From: Lingula anatina
Taxonomy: Eukaryota; Animalia; Brachiopoda
Direction of reading: 5' to 3'
NCBI GenBank assembly: GCA_051362555.1
Contig: CM120647.1
Span: 12,252,651-12,316,650 of the forward strand
DNA length: 64,000 nucleotides
The notes beneath the pieces were generated by a model. The model was not told the DNA's origin and ran no database searches. It worked only from the letters and a program-made list of their open reading frames with translations. Of the stretch, positions 14,845-34,142 are shown piece by piece. Made by a program: the position numbers and the translations under genes. The first letter of the stretch is position 1. The number at the start of each line of letters is the position of its first letter.

Positions 14845-17093
14845 GGGGGAGGTTGATCCAGGATAGGATACCCGAGATAAACCAACTGTTACCACCACTG
14901 CCTCTTTTTCTCCCGCAAGTGGTACTTTGAAACCCACATACATCTGATTACACCTTTGGAACTAACAATATATTTATGACTTTTTTTAAAGATATTTCTT
15001 TTCTTTATTTTTTAGCCACAGACAATAGACTCACTGTTGCGAGGCTGCATCGGGGAATTCCTGAATACCATACATGATCCAGATTTGAATGTGCGTCGGG
15101 TGGCGTTGGTGGCTTTCAACTCGGCAGCTCACAACAAACCGTCTCTGATCCGAGACCTGCTGAACACCATTCTCCCCCATCTGTATGAAGAAACCAAAGT
15201 CAAGGTAACACATTAGTATTTATATATTCTTTTATTTATTTATTTATTTATTTATTAATATATATTATGGTTTGCCTTTGCAAGTAGCCTTTTCAAAATG
15301 GAATTGCCAGTGCTTTTTACGGTCAGTGTTTTTCATCATTTTAGATGTTATATAAAGTGCAGTTAGCTATTTTATGGAAAGTTATGTGCCATGAGAGAAT
15401 TCCATATTATTATTATTATTATTAGTTTAATTATTTTACCTTATCACATTGAAAAGTGTAATTTTTCCTCTTTAACAGAAAGAGTTGATCAGAGAAGTAG
15501 AAATGGGGCCCTTCAAACACACAGTGGATGATGGGCTAGACATCAGAAAAGTAAGTGGACACTCCTTCTATTTTCCAGAATTTACCTAAGTTGCCTATGT
15601 TCTGATCAGTCTGCCTGTCTCTGTCATCGCTGTCGCCATTGCTGATGCTGTCCGACACATGACGTTTGCCCCATAACTGCCAAACCATTTTTTTGTTTTA
15701 CTTTAAATTTACTGAGTGGCTATTTTCTGCACTATCAACGTAATATTCTGCTGCATGTCTGTACATAAGACAGCTTTGTTGCTTTTTTTCAATGATCTTC
15801 TCCATGTTCTAGGCAGCATTTGAGTGCATGTACACTCTCCTAGATGCCTGCATGGACAGACTGGACATCTTTGAGTTCCTGAACCATGTGGAGGATGGTC
15901 TGAAGGACCACTACGACATTAAGATGTTGACCTACCTGATGCTCATCCGCCTTTCTCACCTGTGTCCAAGTGCTGTGCTGCAAAGTAAGTTTTTTTTTCA
16001 TATTTTATTCATTTATTTAATTGTTTATTTATTTATTTATTTTTTATTTTTTATTTTTTTTATTTTTTTAATGCCAGATGTACCTATTTAGGTTGATTTA
16101 AAATTATTTTACCTATAATTTTTTATTAATTGATGTTTACCTTTTGAATAGTTTTACCTTAATTTTAGAAAATTTTATTTGTCTTTGTGTAAGAGAATGA
16201 CAAAAAAGCCCAGCATTTATTTCGAGTGAATTGAGCGATAGTGGCCTTCATAAATTTTCATCAATTCTCCAGGAATGGACCGGCTCCTGGAGCCGCTTAG
16301 GTCCACGTGCACCACCAAGGTGAAAGCCAATTCCGTGAAGCAGGAGTTTGAGAAGCAAGAAGAATTGAAACACTCTGCAATGAGAGCGGTTGCCGCACTA
16401 CTGGCAATTCCAGATGCAGGTATGTAGGGTGGGTGGACCCACTGTATTTTGACTGGCATTTCCAGATGCAGGTAGGTAGGGTGGGTGGACCCACTGTATT
16501 TTGACTGGCATTTCCAGATGCAGGTAGGTAGGGTGGGTGGACCCACTGTCTTTTTACTGGCAGTTCCAGATGCAGGTAGGTAGGGTGGGTGGACCCACTG
16601 TCTTTTTACTGGCAGTTCCAAATGGAGGTATAAAGGTTGTGTGTGTGAGGGGGGATTTATTGTCATTGGCAATCCCAGATGGAGGTATGTAGGGAGAGCC
16701 ACCTCACTGTTGCCTTGTCACTGGCAATACCAGATACAGGTATAAAAATTGAAGAGGTGTAGCGGTCGGGGTTTGTAGTTGTTGCAAAGGAATGATGGTA
16801 AATGTTGCTTGTACGTTTATTGTTAAGACAGTGACAAATCTATTGGAGATAAGGAAAAAGAAAAGGATGAAGACGTATTTTTTTACCAATTTAAGTTCAT
16901 ATATCCATCCAGATAGCTTTTTTAGGTATGATTATTTAGAATTTGTAATGTTTTACTTTTTGCATTTATTTCAGAGAAAAGCCCTCTGATGAACGAATTT
17001 CTCTCACAGATCAAATCCAGTCAGGAGCTTCAGGGTGTTTTTGAGTCCATACAGAATACGGCATCAGAAACTTCCCTCATGGATACCAGTTAA
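255..17093 (+). CDS. CAND1: Cullin-associated NEDD8-dissociated protein 1, 3' part (18 coding exons; 5' end lies upstream of the window)
   Basis: Exons 255-348, 2386-2503, 2822-2987, 3303-3402, 4346-4431, 4817-4931, 5335-5495, 6732-6827, 9949-10016, 10447-10541, 10977-11080, 11671-11738, 12207-12396, 15016-15204, 15479-15550, 15813-15984, 16273-16419, 16975-17093 (TAA). All introns are GT-AG with compatible phases. The translation matches recalled CAND1 motifs: [115 protein letters not shown] and the C-terminal MDTS. Confidence 0.97.
358..1744. mobile_element. Non-autonomous hAT-like DNA transposon in a CAND1 intron
   Basis: Imperfect TIRs CAGGGCTCGACATTAGC / GTTAGTGTCTAGCCCTG, subterminal GGACAGGT repeats at both ends, and a flanking gtgtg direct repeat. 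Confidence 0.75.
3906..4157. mobile_element. PIF/Harbinger-type MITE, reverse-orientation relative of the elements at 11212 and 36723
   Basis: Shares GGGGAGTCTCACTA, TTAAATGTCTG and GGGAGTTAGxxCGATC segments, as reverse complement, with the two 215-bp copies. Boundaries are approximate. Confidence 0.55.
4174..4241. mobile_element. 68-bp palindromic mini-MITE with CCC...GGG termini; related copies at ~29308-29386 and ~56633-56711
   Basis: CCCTTACGAAAAAGTCCTATA ... TATAGGACTTTTTCGTTAGGG is a near-perfect inverted repeat with internal TATAGGATCC units and aa on both flanks. Confidence 0.6.
4538..4651. repeat. Exact 57-bp tandem duplication
   Basis: gatgaaaaagattatgatgtcaaatcacattaatgaagtttgttattttaaataatt occurs twice in a row. 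Confidence 0.8.
6169..6370 (+). mobile_element. Possible solo LTR
   Basis: TGTTGCC...GGCAGCA inverted termini (TG..CA) with an internal AATAAA. No convincing TSD. Confidence 0.3.
7165..9700 (+). mobile_element. Helentron-associated (HINE-like) composite repeat, partly duplicated in tandem
   Basis: A T-run, then hairpin TGTACAGACAC-agat-GTGTCTGTACA, a (GTCGCC)n microsatellite and internal 159-bp tandem units (7325, 7484, 7643). A second head starts at ~8361, with repeated blocks at ~8120, ~9070 and ~9410. Confidence 0.6.
11212..11426. mobile_element. 215-bp PIF/Harbinger-type MITE
   Basis: TIRs GACTGCATTCCCACAGA / TCTGTGGGAATGCAGTC with a TAA target duplication. Same length and sequence family as 36723-36937. 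Confidence 0.8.
11722..11915 (+). repeat. Degenerate ~30-bp minisatellite derived from the CAND1 exon end and splice donor at 11738
   Basis: Variants of atattgttacaatatg|gtaagttttaat repeat about 6 times, starting inside the exon. Confidence 0.75.
12592..14513 (+). mobile_element. Internally deleted hAT-like transposon with an N-terminal transposase remnant
   Basis: TIRs CAGTCTGCGAAATAA / TTATTTCACAGACTG, subterminal GGACAAC/GGGCAAC repeats and a flanking ttatgc duplication. ~13100-13420 holds a frameshifted [28 protein letters not shown], resembling the zinc-finger region of hAT transposases. Confidence 0.75.
16400..16745 (+). repeat. 52-bp minisatellite built from the penultimate CAND1 exon end and its donor (~7 copies)
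   Basis: Unit ACTGGCAxTTCCAGATGCAG|GTAxGTAGGGTGGGTGGACCCACTGTxTTTT starts at 16400, 16452, 16504, 16556 and 16608, with degenerate copies at ~16665 and ~16720. Confidence 0.9.
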
Positions 17094-17815
17094 ACCAGAC
17101 TGTGGAAAAAACTTTATATACTACCAGAAAACTAGGGCGTGTGACACAGGGTTTTGAACCAGTTTCACAAAGGAATTTTATATTGAATGCCAGGCACAAC
17201 TTTAAGACCAAAACTTTAGCCTGCGACGATACGGGATACGGCAAATAGCCTAAAACGTTAGCCGTACCTTTCTTTTTATAAAACGAACCCATTATTTCAT
17301 TTAAGTGGACTGCTACTGTTTTTTTTTTTTTTTTTTTTTGATCAAAGAAGTCTTAAAATTGGTCTAAAAGTCAAGACTGGAGATTGGTCTTAGTTTAAAG
17401 ACTCGTATTAAATCTATCCCTGCTCTAGCAGAAACAACTGAAATGGGCAATTTATAGTCAGAAAGACACGAATCACTTGGTCAAGAATGGCCTTGCTTTG
17501 TTTCATAAAATAAGATACCTCCTCGACTGAAATCTCCCTCGCAGACGCAGTTGTAATGTTTAAGGAAAGACAAGAAATCAGAACTTTGTTAAAGGCCAAC
17601 TTGTTTTATGGTCTTGGTGTATTTGAACGGTATAGTAACATTGAGAAAACCCCTGTGGTGATTCGGGTAAAATGCGTGACAACCAGAGGGGAAGTTTATC
17701 CCAATAGAAACCAAGCCCATACTACCAACATTTGTTGTGCAACCGAAATGCTTGCAAAATGATTGTCTTTTGCTACCGCCACCAGTTTTAGCTATTGAAA
17801 TGCAGAAAAATATTG

Positions 17816-17821
17816 AATAAA
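17816..17821 (+). promoter_or_regulatory. Candidate CAND1 polyadenylation signal
   Basis: AATAAA about 720 nt after the stop codon. Position is the only evidence. Confidence 0.35.
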
Positions 17822-18619
17822 ATTATATATTAAACCTGTGACATTTTACTGGTTGCATTAGGTGAACTACATATTTTGCGCGTCAAGAGAATGTTAGACG
17901 CGTATAAAACGGAAATCAAATAAATCTTTGTTAAAAATGCCCCTAAACCATTTATTTTGTATGCCCACACATCCTGCAACGCTCTTTTTGCAAATCGGAC
18001 CTTAAAAACGATAAAGCCCGTTAAATAAATGCACCTGATTTTTTTTTAATGCATAACATGATTGGTGAATAGAAGAAAAAAAAACACATTTTATATATAT
18101 TATATATACTCACAAGATCCTGATATTTATACCATGACTACATTTTATAGTTTTTAGGGGGAAACCCCAGTATGTTTAAAGTAAAATAAGAGTACGGCTT
18201 TGCAGGCTGAACAGATAGCGTCGACTTTCGACAGACACCTCGACACTGTGAACATGGATAGACAATACATATAGTAATACAGTGTGTGTATGAAACTTCT
18301 ATTAAAATTTGGTAAACAAATGTATACAGTTTATTTAAGGACTCTCTCTCTCCCAAATGCAACAACATTTGGTCCGAATGAAAGTAAAAAAATATCGTTC
18401 AATATTCAGTATCGTGGAAATGTGTTGGGTGCGCGCAGGCTGTAAAGTCTGCTACAGTTGCCTTAGGGGTCTGCCATTTTGATCAACATTTTCACAAGTC
18501 TCAACTTTCAATTCATGTTTCATACATTGTGTGGTATAAATTCAATCAGTGCAAGTATGTCTGATGAAATTCACAAGGGAAGCTAAAATGTATAAGCAGC
18601 TTGAGATAATACCTCATAT

Positions 18620-19140
18620 ATGTTGGTCATCGTCCAGTGCTGTGGGTGAAGATGGACATCGTCCAGTGCTGTGGGTGAAGATGGACATCGTCCATTGCTG
18701 TTGGAGATGTTGGTCATCGTCCAGTGCTGTGGGTGAAGATTGTCATCGTTCAGTGTTGTGGGTGAAGATGGTCATCGTCCAGTGCTGTGGGTGAAGATGG
18801 TCATCGTTCAGTGCTGTGGGTGAAGATGGTCATCGTCCAGTGCTGTGGGTGAAGATGGTTATCGTCCAGTGCTGTGGATGAAGATGGTCATCGTTCAGTG
18901 CTGTGGGTGAAGATGGTCATCGTTCAGTGCTGTGGGTGAAGATGGTCATCGTTCAGTGCTGTGGGTGAAGATGGTCATCGTTCAGTGCTGTGGGTGAAGA
19001 TGGACATCGTCCAGTGCTGTGGGTGAAGAAACATCGTCCATTGCTGTTGGAGATGTTGGTCATCGTCCAGTGATGTGGGTGAAGATGGTCATCGTCCAGT
19101 GCTGTGGGTGAAGATGGTCATCGCCCACTTCTGTTGGAGA
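18620..19140. repeat. 29-bp minisatellite (GTGCTGTGGGTGAAGATGGTCATCGTCCA)n; degenerate relatives at ~37535-37680, ~38430-38560 and ~40765-41015
   Basis: About 17 head-to-tail units with no spacers. Confidence 0.9.
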
Positions 19141-19569
19141 TGATATTTGAGCAGTGCTGCAGTACGGAATGATCAAAGAAAAAATTTATTGTTTTCATTT
19201 TTTAATAATAGAAATAATGTAAATGTGCATTTGGTAGTTTTGATTTTACACACAAGTTGCCGTATTCATTCGCTTTCCCTAAGGATAAAAGTTGCGTGCC
19301 CGTGTTTGTATGTGTTTATGGGAACAGGGTGCTCACAGTAGAATTGCTAATGTAACAGGCTGAGACTGATGGTCGAAGCCTATTGTAATATTTTTTGTAA
19401 ATATGCCTTTTAAATTTTTGCATATAGATTTTAGAATGGGAATGTCGGTACGCCTTCCTTATTATTTGGGGGGCATATGTAACAGGCTGACAAGAAGTTA
19501 CATATTTTCTGTCACTTGGGACCTGAGCGGGAGATATGAAAAAATAACAGAAATTAAAAACCATTGTGC

Positions 19570-22200
19570 CGATTCCAAAAAAGATAAAGCACTTGCAGGT
19601 TTCCATACAGTTTAAAGTGAAGTGACGTTCTCATATACGCACTTACTGTCTTATTAATTAACTCCAGCACTACATATCATTACCTCAAATGGTGATGTGT
19701 TTTTGTTACCTCCACCAAGTAGGTTATGTTTTTGGTTCCGTTAGTTTGTCAGTCTGTCTGTTAGCAACATTACAGAAAAAGTTATGGACCGATTTTGATA
19801 AAATTTTTAGGAATTGTCAGAAGTGGGCCAAGTAACAGATGATTAGTTTTTGGTGGTGATCAGGATCAATAATCAATCAATAATCAAAAATAAAATAAAA
19901 GGTTATGGACCGATTTTAATGAAATTTTCTGGAACTGTCAGAAGTGGGTCAAAGAACAGATGATTAGTTTTTGGCGGTGATTCGGATCAATCAATAATCA
20001 ATAATCAATAATCAAAAAAATTAAATCATTATAGAATGAAGATTTAGGGGTAAAACGGCATTGGGTGGAGACTTTGCTGCTTTGGCGGAGGTCTGCGCTC
20101 TCGGAGTGCTTTTCTAGTTTAACATATATTGTTATTGTTACAGACATAAAACTCAAACTAATGCTGTGATGACTCGTCCCAGCACTGCATATTGATTTCA
20201 TTCTACCTTTCTGTCTGGTCATGTTATTTTTCCATAATTTATCCATATTAGTTGTGCCACCTCTTTTCGGTTAGAGGGCTACTCTAGATATAATTTCTCC
20301 TCTTCGAGTGCGTTTTCCCGTCTCCATTCTTCCCACCACTACTCTTTGTCGACTAAAAGAAATAACTCCCCCATCGAAATCCCAGTATGTAGTAACAATG
20401 GGTTTCCCCCAAGCTGTTTAACTGTGGGATCGGCCAGCGCTTCTGTTTTTATATCCGTTTTTCTGGTTAAATAAAAACTGCAAGATTTATAAGAGCTAGA
20501 AGTATACTTTGCGCATATTTATGAAAATTGAGATGTGGGTGGATAAAAAGAGATGTAAAAAATAATAATAACAGAAAATGAAAATCAATGTGCCGATTCC
20601 AATAAAGATAAGTAAAGTCGGTTTGGAATGTGTCTCCAGTTCTCATGTTCGCACAGGTATATGCGCACTTACTGTCTGAATAATTATCCCCAAGCACTGC
20701 ATATCATGATGCATGCCACCTCCAATGGTAATGAGTTTTTGTTTAATATATATTTTTTATTGTTACAGACATAAATCTCAAACCAGTGCTGTGGCGGCTC
20801 GGCACCCCACTGCATATTAATTTCATTGTACTTGTACTTCTGTCAGGTCATGTTATTTTTTTATGATTTATCCATGTTAATCCTGCCACCTCTTTACGGT
20901 TAGAGGGTTACTCTAGATTTAATTTCTCCTCTTCGAGTGTGTGATTCCGTCTCCATTCTTCCCACCGCTACTGTTTGTCGACTACAAGAAATAACTCACA
21001 CATCGACATTCCAATAGGTTAAAAAATCGAGTTTCCCAAAAGTTGTTGTAACTGTCGGTCACTAATTCAGTTTCTACATTCGTTTTTTCTGGCTAAATAA
21101 AAACCGGAAGGTTGCTCTGGATTTTTGGACTATTTCTAAATAAACATGTTTATAAGGGCTAAGTACAAATGGCGCATATTTATCAAAAATGAGACTTGAG
21201 TAGATCAGAATAGACGTAAAAAAAGAAATTGAAAATCAAATTGCCGATTCCAATAAAGATAAAACATTTGCAGGTTTCCATACACTTTGAAGTGAAGTGA
21301 GTTGATGGAATGTGTCTCCAGTTCTCATGTTCGCATATGCGCACTTACCGTATGAATAATTATTCCATAGCACTGCATATCATGATGTCTCCCTGCTTCA
21401 GTGGTGTGGTGTTTTTGTTTAACATATATTTTAGATTGTTGTGGCCTTAAAACTCAAATTAATGCTGAGATGACACGGCCCAGCACTGCATTTTAATTTT
21501 CATTCTACCTTTCTGTCAGGTCATGTTTTTTTTTTTTTTTTATGATTTATCCATGTTAATCATGCCACCTCATTACGGTTAGAGGGTTACTCTAGATTTA
21601 ATTTCTCCTCCTCGAGTGCGTGTTCCCGTCTCCATTCTTCCCACCGCTACTTTTTGTCGACTACAAGAAATAACTCAAACATCGACGTCCCAATATGTAG
21701 TAAAATGGAGTTTCCCAGAGGTTGTTGTAACTGTGGGATCAACCACTACTTCAGCTCTACATCCGTTTTTCTGGCTAAATAAAAACTGGAAGGTTTCTTT
21801 GGATTTTTGGACTATTTCTAAATAAACGTGATTATAAGGGCTACGTGCACGTGGAGCATATTTATCAAAAATGAGTAAATCAGAATTAAGAGAAAAAAAA
21901 AAGAAATTGAAAATCAACGTGCCGATTCCAATAAATATAAAACAATTGCAGGTTTCCTTACAGTTTAAAAGTGAAGTGACTTTCGAATGTGTCTCCAGTT
22001 TTCACGTTCGTATATGTGCACTTCCTGTCTGAATAATTATCCCACGGTACTACATATCATAATATCTCCCGCCTCAAATGGTGTGGTGCTTTTGTTTAAT
22101 GTAATTTTTTTTAATTGTTACAGACAATAAACTCAAACTAATGCTACGGTGGCCCAGCCTAGCACTCCACATTGATTTCATTCTATCTTTCTTTTAGGTC
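19570..22200. repeat. Degenerate ~670-bp tandem array (~4 units) upstream of gene copy A
   Basis: The anchor ccgattccaataaagat recurs at ~19570, 20592, 21244 and 21922. The block cggttagagggttactctaga...cccaccgctac recurs at ~20270, 20900 and 21577. Confidence 0.8.
19706..20118 (+). mobile_element. HINE (non-autonomous Helentron/Helitron2-type element)
   Basis: 5' TTACCTCCACCAAG, a (GTCT)n microsatellite, an internal tandem duplication, 3' subTIR TTGGCGGAGGT, hairpin GCGCTCTCGGAGTGC and a CTAGT end. It is inserted in a T-run, and sister array units show the empty site. Confidence 0.8.
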
Positions 22201-22223
22201 ACGTATATGGTCCAACTTCCAAG

Positions 22224-22325
22224 CCAATGAACATTATTTGCTTACTCTGTTTTATGGATTTGATTTTGTTTCGCCTTCAGCGTGAGACCATGATATAAAA
22301 CAATCGGTAACGCGTACACCTCATG
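22224..22325 (+). promoter_or_regulatory. Putative core promoter of gene copy A
   Basis: CCAAT at 22224, TATAAAA at 22294-22300 and an Inr-like TCATGTT about 29 nt further on, just before the ATG at 22355. Conserved in copy B. Confidence 0.5.
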
Positions 22326-22354
22326 TTACAAATGTGGGTGATACAGTAGGGAAA

Positions 22355-30251
<7,897 letters not shown>

Positions 30252-30593
30252 TGCCAATTTAATACTGGACGCTGTTGGACTGTGGCAAACTTAGAAGCTA
30301 AAGACGTGTTCGAGGGTGTTTTTTCTCCAGCAAAATTATCGATCACTGAGAGGCTTGATTTTAGTGTTTTATAAAGGACGAACTTTTCTGAGAATGGTGT
30401 AAATCCCTCACTCATTAAATGATAACTGTTCTTTGATTTTTTTCCTTCTTCTGCTTAAGGATATATATTTTAAAAAATAAGTAAACTATTCATTTGCTGC
30501 TGGGACAATATTTGGTGGTTTCTTTTCAATTTAATGGGCATTTCTTTATCTCTGTGGAAATGACAGTGAAACGTCGGATTTGAGGGTACATTT

Positions 30594-30599
30594 AATAAA
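30594..30599 (+). promoter_or_regulatory. Candidate polyadenylation signal of copy A (copy B equivalent 58555-58560)
   Basis: AATAAA is conserved in both paralogs downstream of the stop codon. Confidence 0.4.
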
Positions 30600-31429
30600 T
30601 GTTATTAAATGGTATTAAATACTGATATCTTCACCGCTACTTTGTATTTTCTTTTCCACTAATCAGGTTAGTTATGGTGTCTGGAATGAAAATCACCATC
30701 CATAGCAATGACCTCAAGTGATGTGATTATTTATAAAGAAAAGCACATGAAACTAGGGGTGGGACAACCTTTTTGACCAATGCTGTATATTATCAACACA
30801 CTCTCCGGTAATCAACGCTACACCAGAAATTAAAAATGGCCGCGTGCCTGATATACATACAGATAAGATGCCATACACCTTACCTCTCATGTTGGGCGCC
30901 AATACACCCAATAACTGATCGCCAATCTTATAACATGTGCAGGAGCCGTTATATACATCGTTGTGATGGCCACGTTAGGGCAATATGGAGTCATGAGGGG
31001 GCATTTAACACGTTAGTTAAGGCCCTCCTTAGATCCCATTATTTGTATACTGTTTGCATATTGACTATATAGTACCTCTGTCATTTTAAGTTAATTCCTA
31101 TCAACAGCAATAAACGCCAGAGTAAAACGTTAAATTAATTTGAATTTCTAGTCTTTTACCTTTGATAAAACGAGACTAGGCGATTTTACAACTCGTGTCC
31201 ACTCTTAACGTTAAGAAAAGACAAATATTTTGTATCGGTCATTTAACATATGAAATATAGAATATCAAAAAATCCGTTATCCCGCAAAAGCGCCGCTGTG
31301 TTATGGAAACTTTTAAAGTAGTAAGAGTTTAAAGAGTGAAATACGTTTGAAATTTTGTATTTATCTGTCTCAGACTATATCCGTTCTATCTTGGTCTCGG
31401 CGACCCGAATATCGCAAAATATTTATGTG

Positions 31430-31556
31430 GCGCTTGAAATTATCACCATCAAGCACACGGACTAGTATTATTGTGTCTTGGTCTTTATCCCATGCATTAC
31501 CCCTGTAGCCGAAGGGAAGGCAGCACCCATTCTATAATGGTCTTTGGTATGACCTG
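31430..31556 (-). mobile_element. Possible SINE core fragment
   Basis: The reverse complement contains GGTCATACCAAAGAC, which resembles a conserved metazoan SINE core as recalled (not searched). Absent from unit B. Confidence 0.3.
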
Positions 31557-31685
31557 ATGTAACGAAACTGAGGGTCAGTGTAACTGAAAGTCCGCTCTCC
31601 ATTTAATTATAATGTTTAGGGTTAGCCTGACCTAAATGGGTCAAAATCTGGGGCGAGTCTCTGTATCATGGACTCTGCATCATGG

Positions 31686-31686
<1 letters not shown>

Positions 31687-31753
<67 letters not shown>
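31687..31753. repeat. 67-nt poly(G) tract
   Basis: Directly visible. The length may be affected by sequencing error. Confidence 0.8.
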
Positions 31754-31984
31754 CTTGCTCGTGAATTCAACGACTTGCTTTCTTATAGACTTATACACAT
31801 GAACGTGTCTGAAAAGAAAAAAAAATATCATCATAATGAGTTTTCTTTCTTATACATACTAGTTCCAGTGAATTAAACAGATTTCATGAAATCATACAGG
31901 CAAACATGGACAAAATTAGGGGATCTTATTATCATTCTAGTCCTTATATCTGTGCTCTTTGAGCAACTTCATTTTCTTCTATAA

Positions 31985-33138
31985 GACCACACTTTTTTTA
32001 TTTATATGGATGACATCCTGCGCACGCACCGATTTTCGTCCGTTCTCCAAACCCCCCCTCCCCCCCATCGAAGTCGGTTGTCGCAAACGCCGTTATTGAA
32101 TTTGCCGGAAAATGAGCTTTCTGCGCATGCGTATTACTGCCACTTGGAAATATGGCCGCTTTGCCATCAAATTCATCTCTAGTATTACTTTCAAATTACA
32201 GGACAATTAATTATATAAAGTCATAAAGAGAAGGGGGCCGTCGTTTTGGATTGTTTGTTATGCCATTGATATTGGGCATGGAGATATCCACTTTTTTACA
32301 ATTATGCGAAAGGCTGGCGGCGGCCAGCAATTATCGCCCGGTAAATTTCAGTGACATTCTGTCCAAAGCAGCACATACCAGGTTTTTTGTAGCGAAAAAA
32401 GGGTTGACAGGGCGTCGAGGTATTTGGTGGGCTGTAGGTCGGTCAGGCCACCCGACAGTTTGGCTGCTTCGTGTGAGTCGAAGTAGACCAAATGGCATCG
32501 ACCGAAATGACCTTTTATAAATTTGGTAGTATTAAGCATATCTTTGATTCATTTTGTAACATTTCTGTGTAGTGTTCATAATGCTTTAATATTCTGAGAA
32601 AACAAATAAAGACATGCTGTTTGTTTGATATTTGTTTTATTGATTGTTATACCAACAAAATGCATGAAATAACCTTAAATAGATTGGGTAATATGCAGCA
32701 TGTCTAGCAGGCCCGTAGCCAGCAATTTCAAAAGGGGGGGGGTCTTTTTTTGAAAAAGTGGACCATTTTCCATAAAAACCTAATGTATCTAGATCAAATT
32801 TTACCCAGAGTGGACCTTTTCCCAACAAAAGGGGTGGTTCTTCCGAATCCCCTGGCTACGGGCCCGTCTATTCATGACTTTTTTTTTTACCTTTCTAAGA
32901 AGTATTCACAATGCTTTAATATTTTGAGAGCATGGATAAAGACATATTGTTAGTTTGATACGTGTTTCTGTGGTAAATTTGTGTTTCCAACTGTGTACTG
33001 ACAGCAGTCCTTTACTTAGGCAGCATTTTTTTTTTGGGGGGGGGGGGGGCTGTTTTTTTTTTGTTTTTTTTTTCGCCCTCTCGCACCGATTTCGGGGTCC
33101 CCAGAGGATGTCATCCATAAAAATAAAAAAGTGTGGCC
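31985..33138. mobile_element. Harbinger/ISL2EU-type non-autonomous element with a nested CAG-terminal MITE (32708-32866)
   Basis: TIRs GACCACACTTTTTTTATTTATATGGATGACATCC / GGATGTCATCCATAAAAATAAAAAAGTGTGGCC with a TAA duplication. Absent from unit B at ~60020. Confidence 0.8.
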
Positions 33139-34142
33139 TAATTCCATTCTGCAGGAAAAACTCTGAGTGATCTATGCAGCTAGTACCAAAGAAAAATCCA
33201 TTCTATAAGATTTCTTTGAGATAGCAATAATAAGAGATATACGTTGATGAATAAAGAGGAGTCTACTGTAATTAAATTTGCGAAGTTTGTGACATGAACA
33301 CTATTACAGTACAAATGTCTCTTCACATGGGAGTTACGTAATACTCATGTGCATAGTAGCATGTTAAAACCTAAAATTAACTTACAAACTAACTTAACTT
33401 GTCACATTAGACATACAGCCTTAAATTAACTTCCAAACTATAAACTTAATATTTGATCAATTAATCTTATACCTGCACGACGTTGCATGTGAATTCTACG
33501 ATGCTTGCTACCATCTCGGTTCTTTGTCTCTTTGACGTGAATGATTGTGTTAGCTGAGATGCACTGGCTGCGAATTCTAGCTGCAACAGGGGAATATCTG
33601 TCACGTTACACCGGCCTTGGCAAAGTCGAATCGGCCGGTGACAGAATGGTAAATAGTTAACCTGTATACCGCGCTCATTACACTAAGTTTACGTACTTGA
33701 TGCAAGCCAGCTGTCCTAAGAGCAGATTTAGAAAGAAAGGTCTGCGGACTAAAAGATCCGTCGGCTTAATATGGCCAACCCTGCTTAAAGGAAAGCCGTT
33801 TTATTCCCTGATATTCTCCCGCCTCCACACGCGCCATTAAATCTCGGCTTCGAGGTATAATTGCCAGACCTCTCTAGCGACTGCGCGTGTGGAGGCGGGG
33901 AGACCATCAGGGAATCAGTCGGTATTGCCTGTAAGTGTTCTGAATGCGCTCTTTCAGTGTCAGTCCACGTGGCCTCTACTGCTTCAATGTTTTAAGAAAA
34001 TGGACAGAATGCACCGCTTTTGAAGAGCTGCTTTATCTCCGGGTGGGGTCAAACTCACGAGGCGGACACTGTTACCCCGAGACCTCCAGGTTGGTATGAT
34101 TAAACCTAACAAACAGTAGAAGTTGGATTCAAGTTTCCCAAG

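Noticed and set aside
16217-16702. 161-aa minus-strand ORF
   Set aside because: It is the antisense of a CAND1 exon plus the 52-bp donor minisatellite.
18620-19140. 29-bp repeats resembling a CRISPR array
   Set aside because: The units are head-to-tail with no unique spacers, there are no cas genes, and the context is eukaryotic. It is a minisatellite.
22280-22310. Alternative first exon (cag|CGTGAGACCATG...|gtaac)
   Set aside because: The ATG is followed by a stop within two codons in both copies. The segment is better read as the TATA box.
31622-31876. Poly-Pro and poly-Gly ORFs
   Set aside because: They are translations of a poly(G) tract with no splice or homology support, and the tract is absent from unit B.
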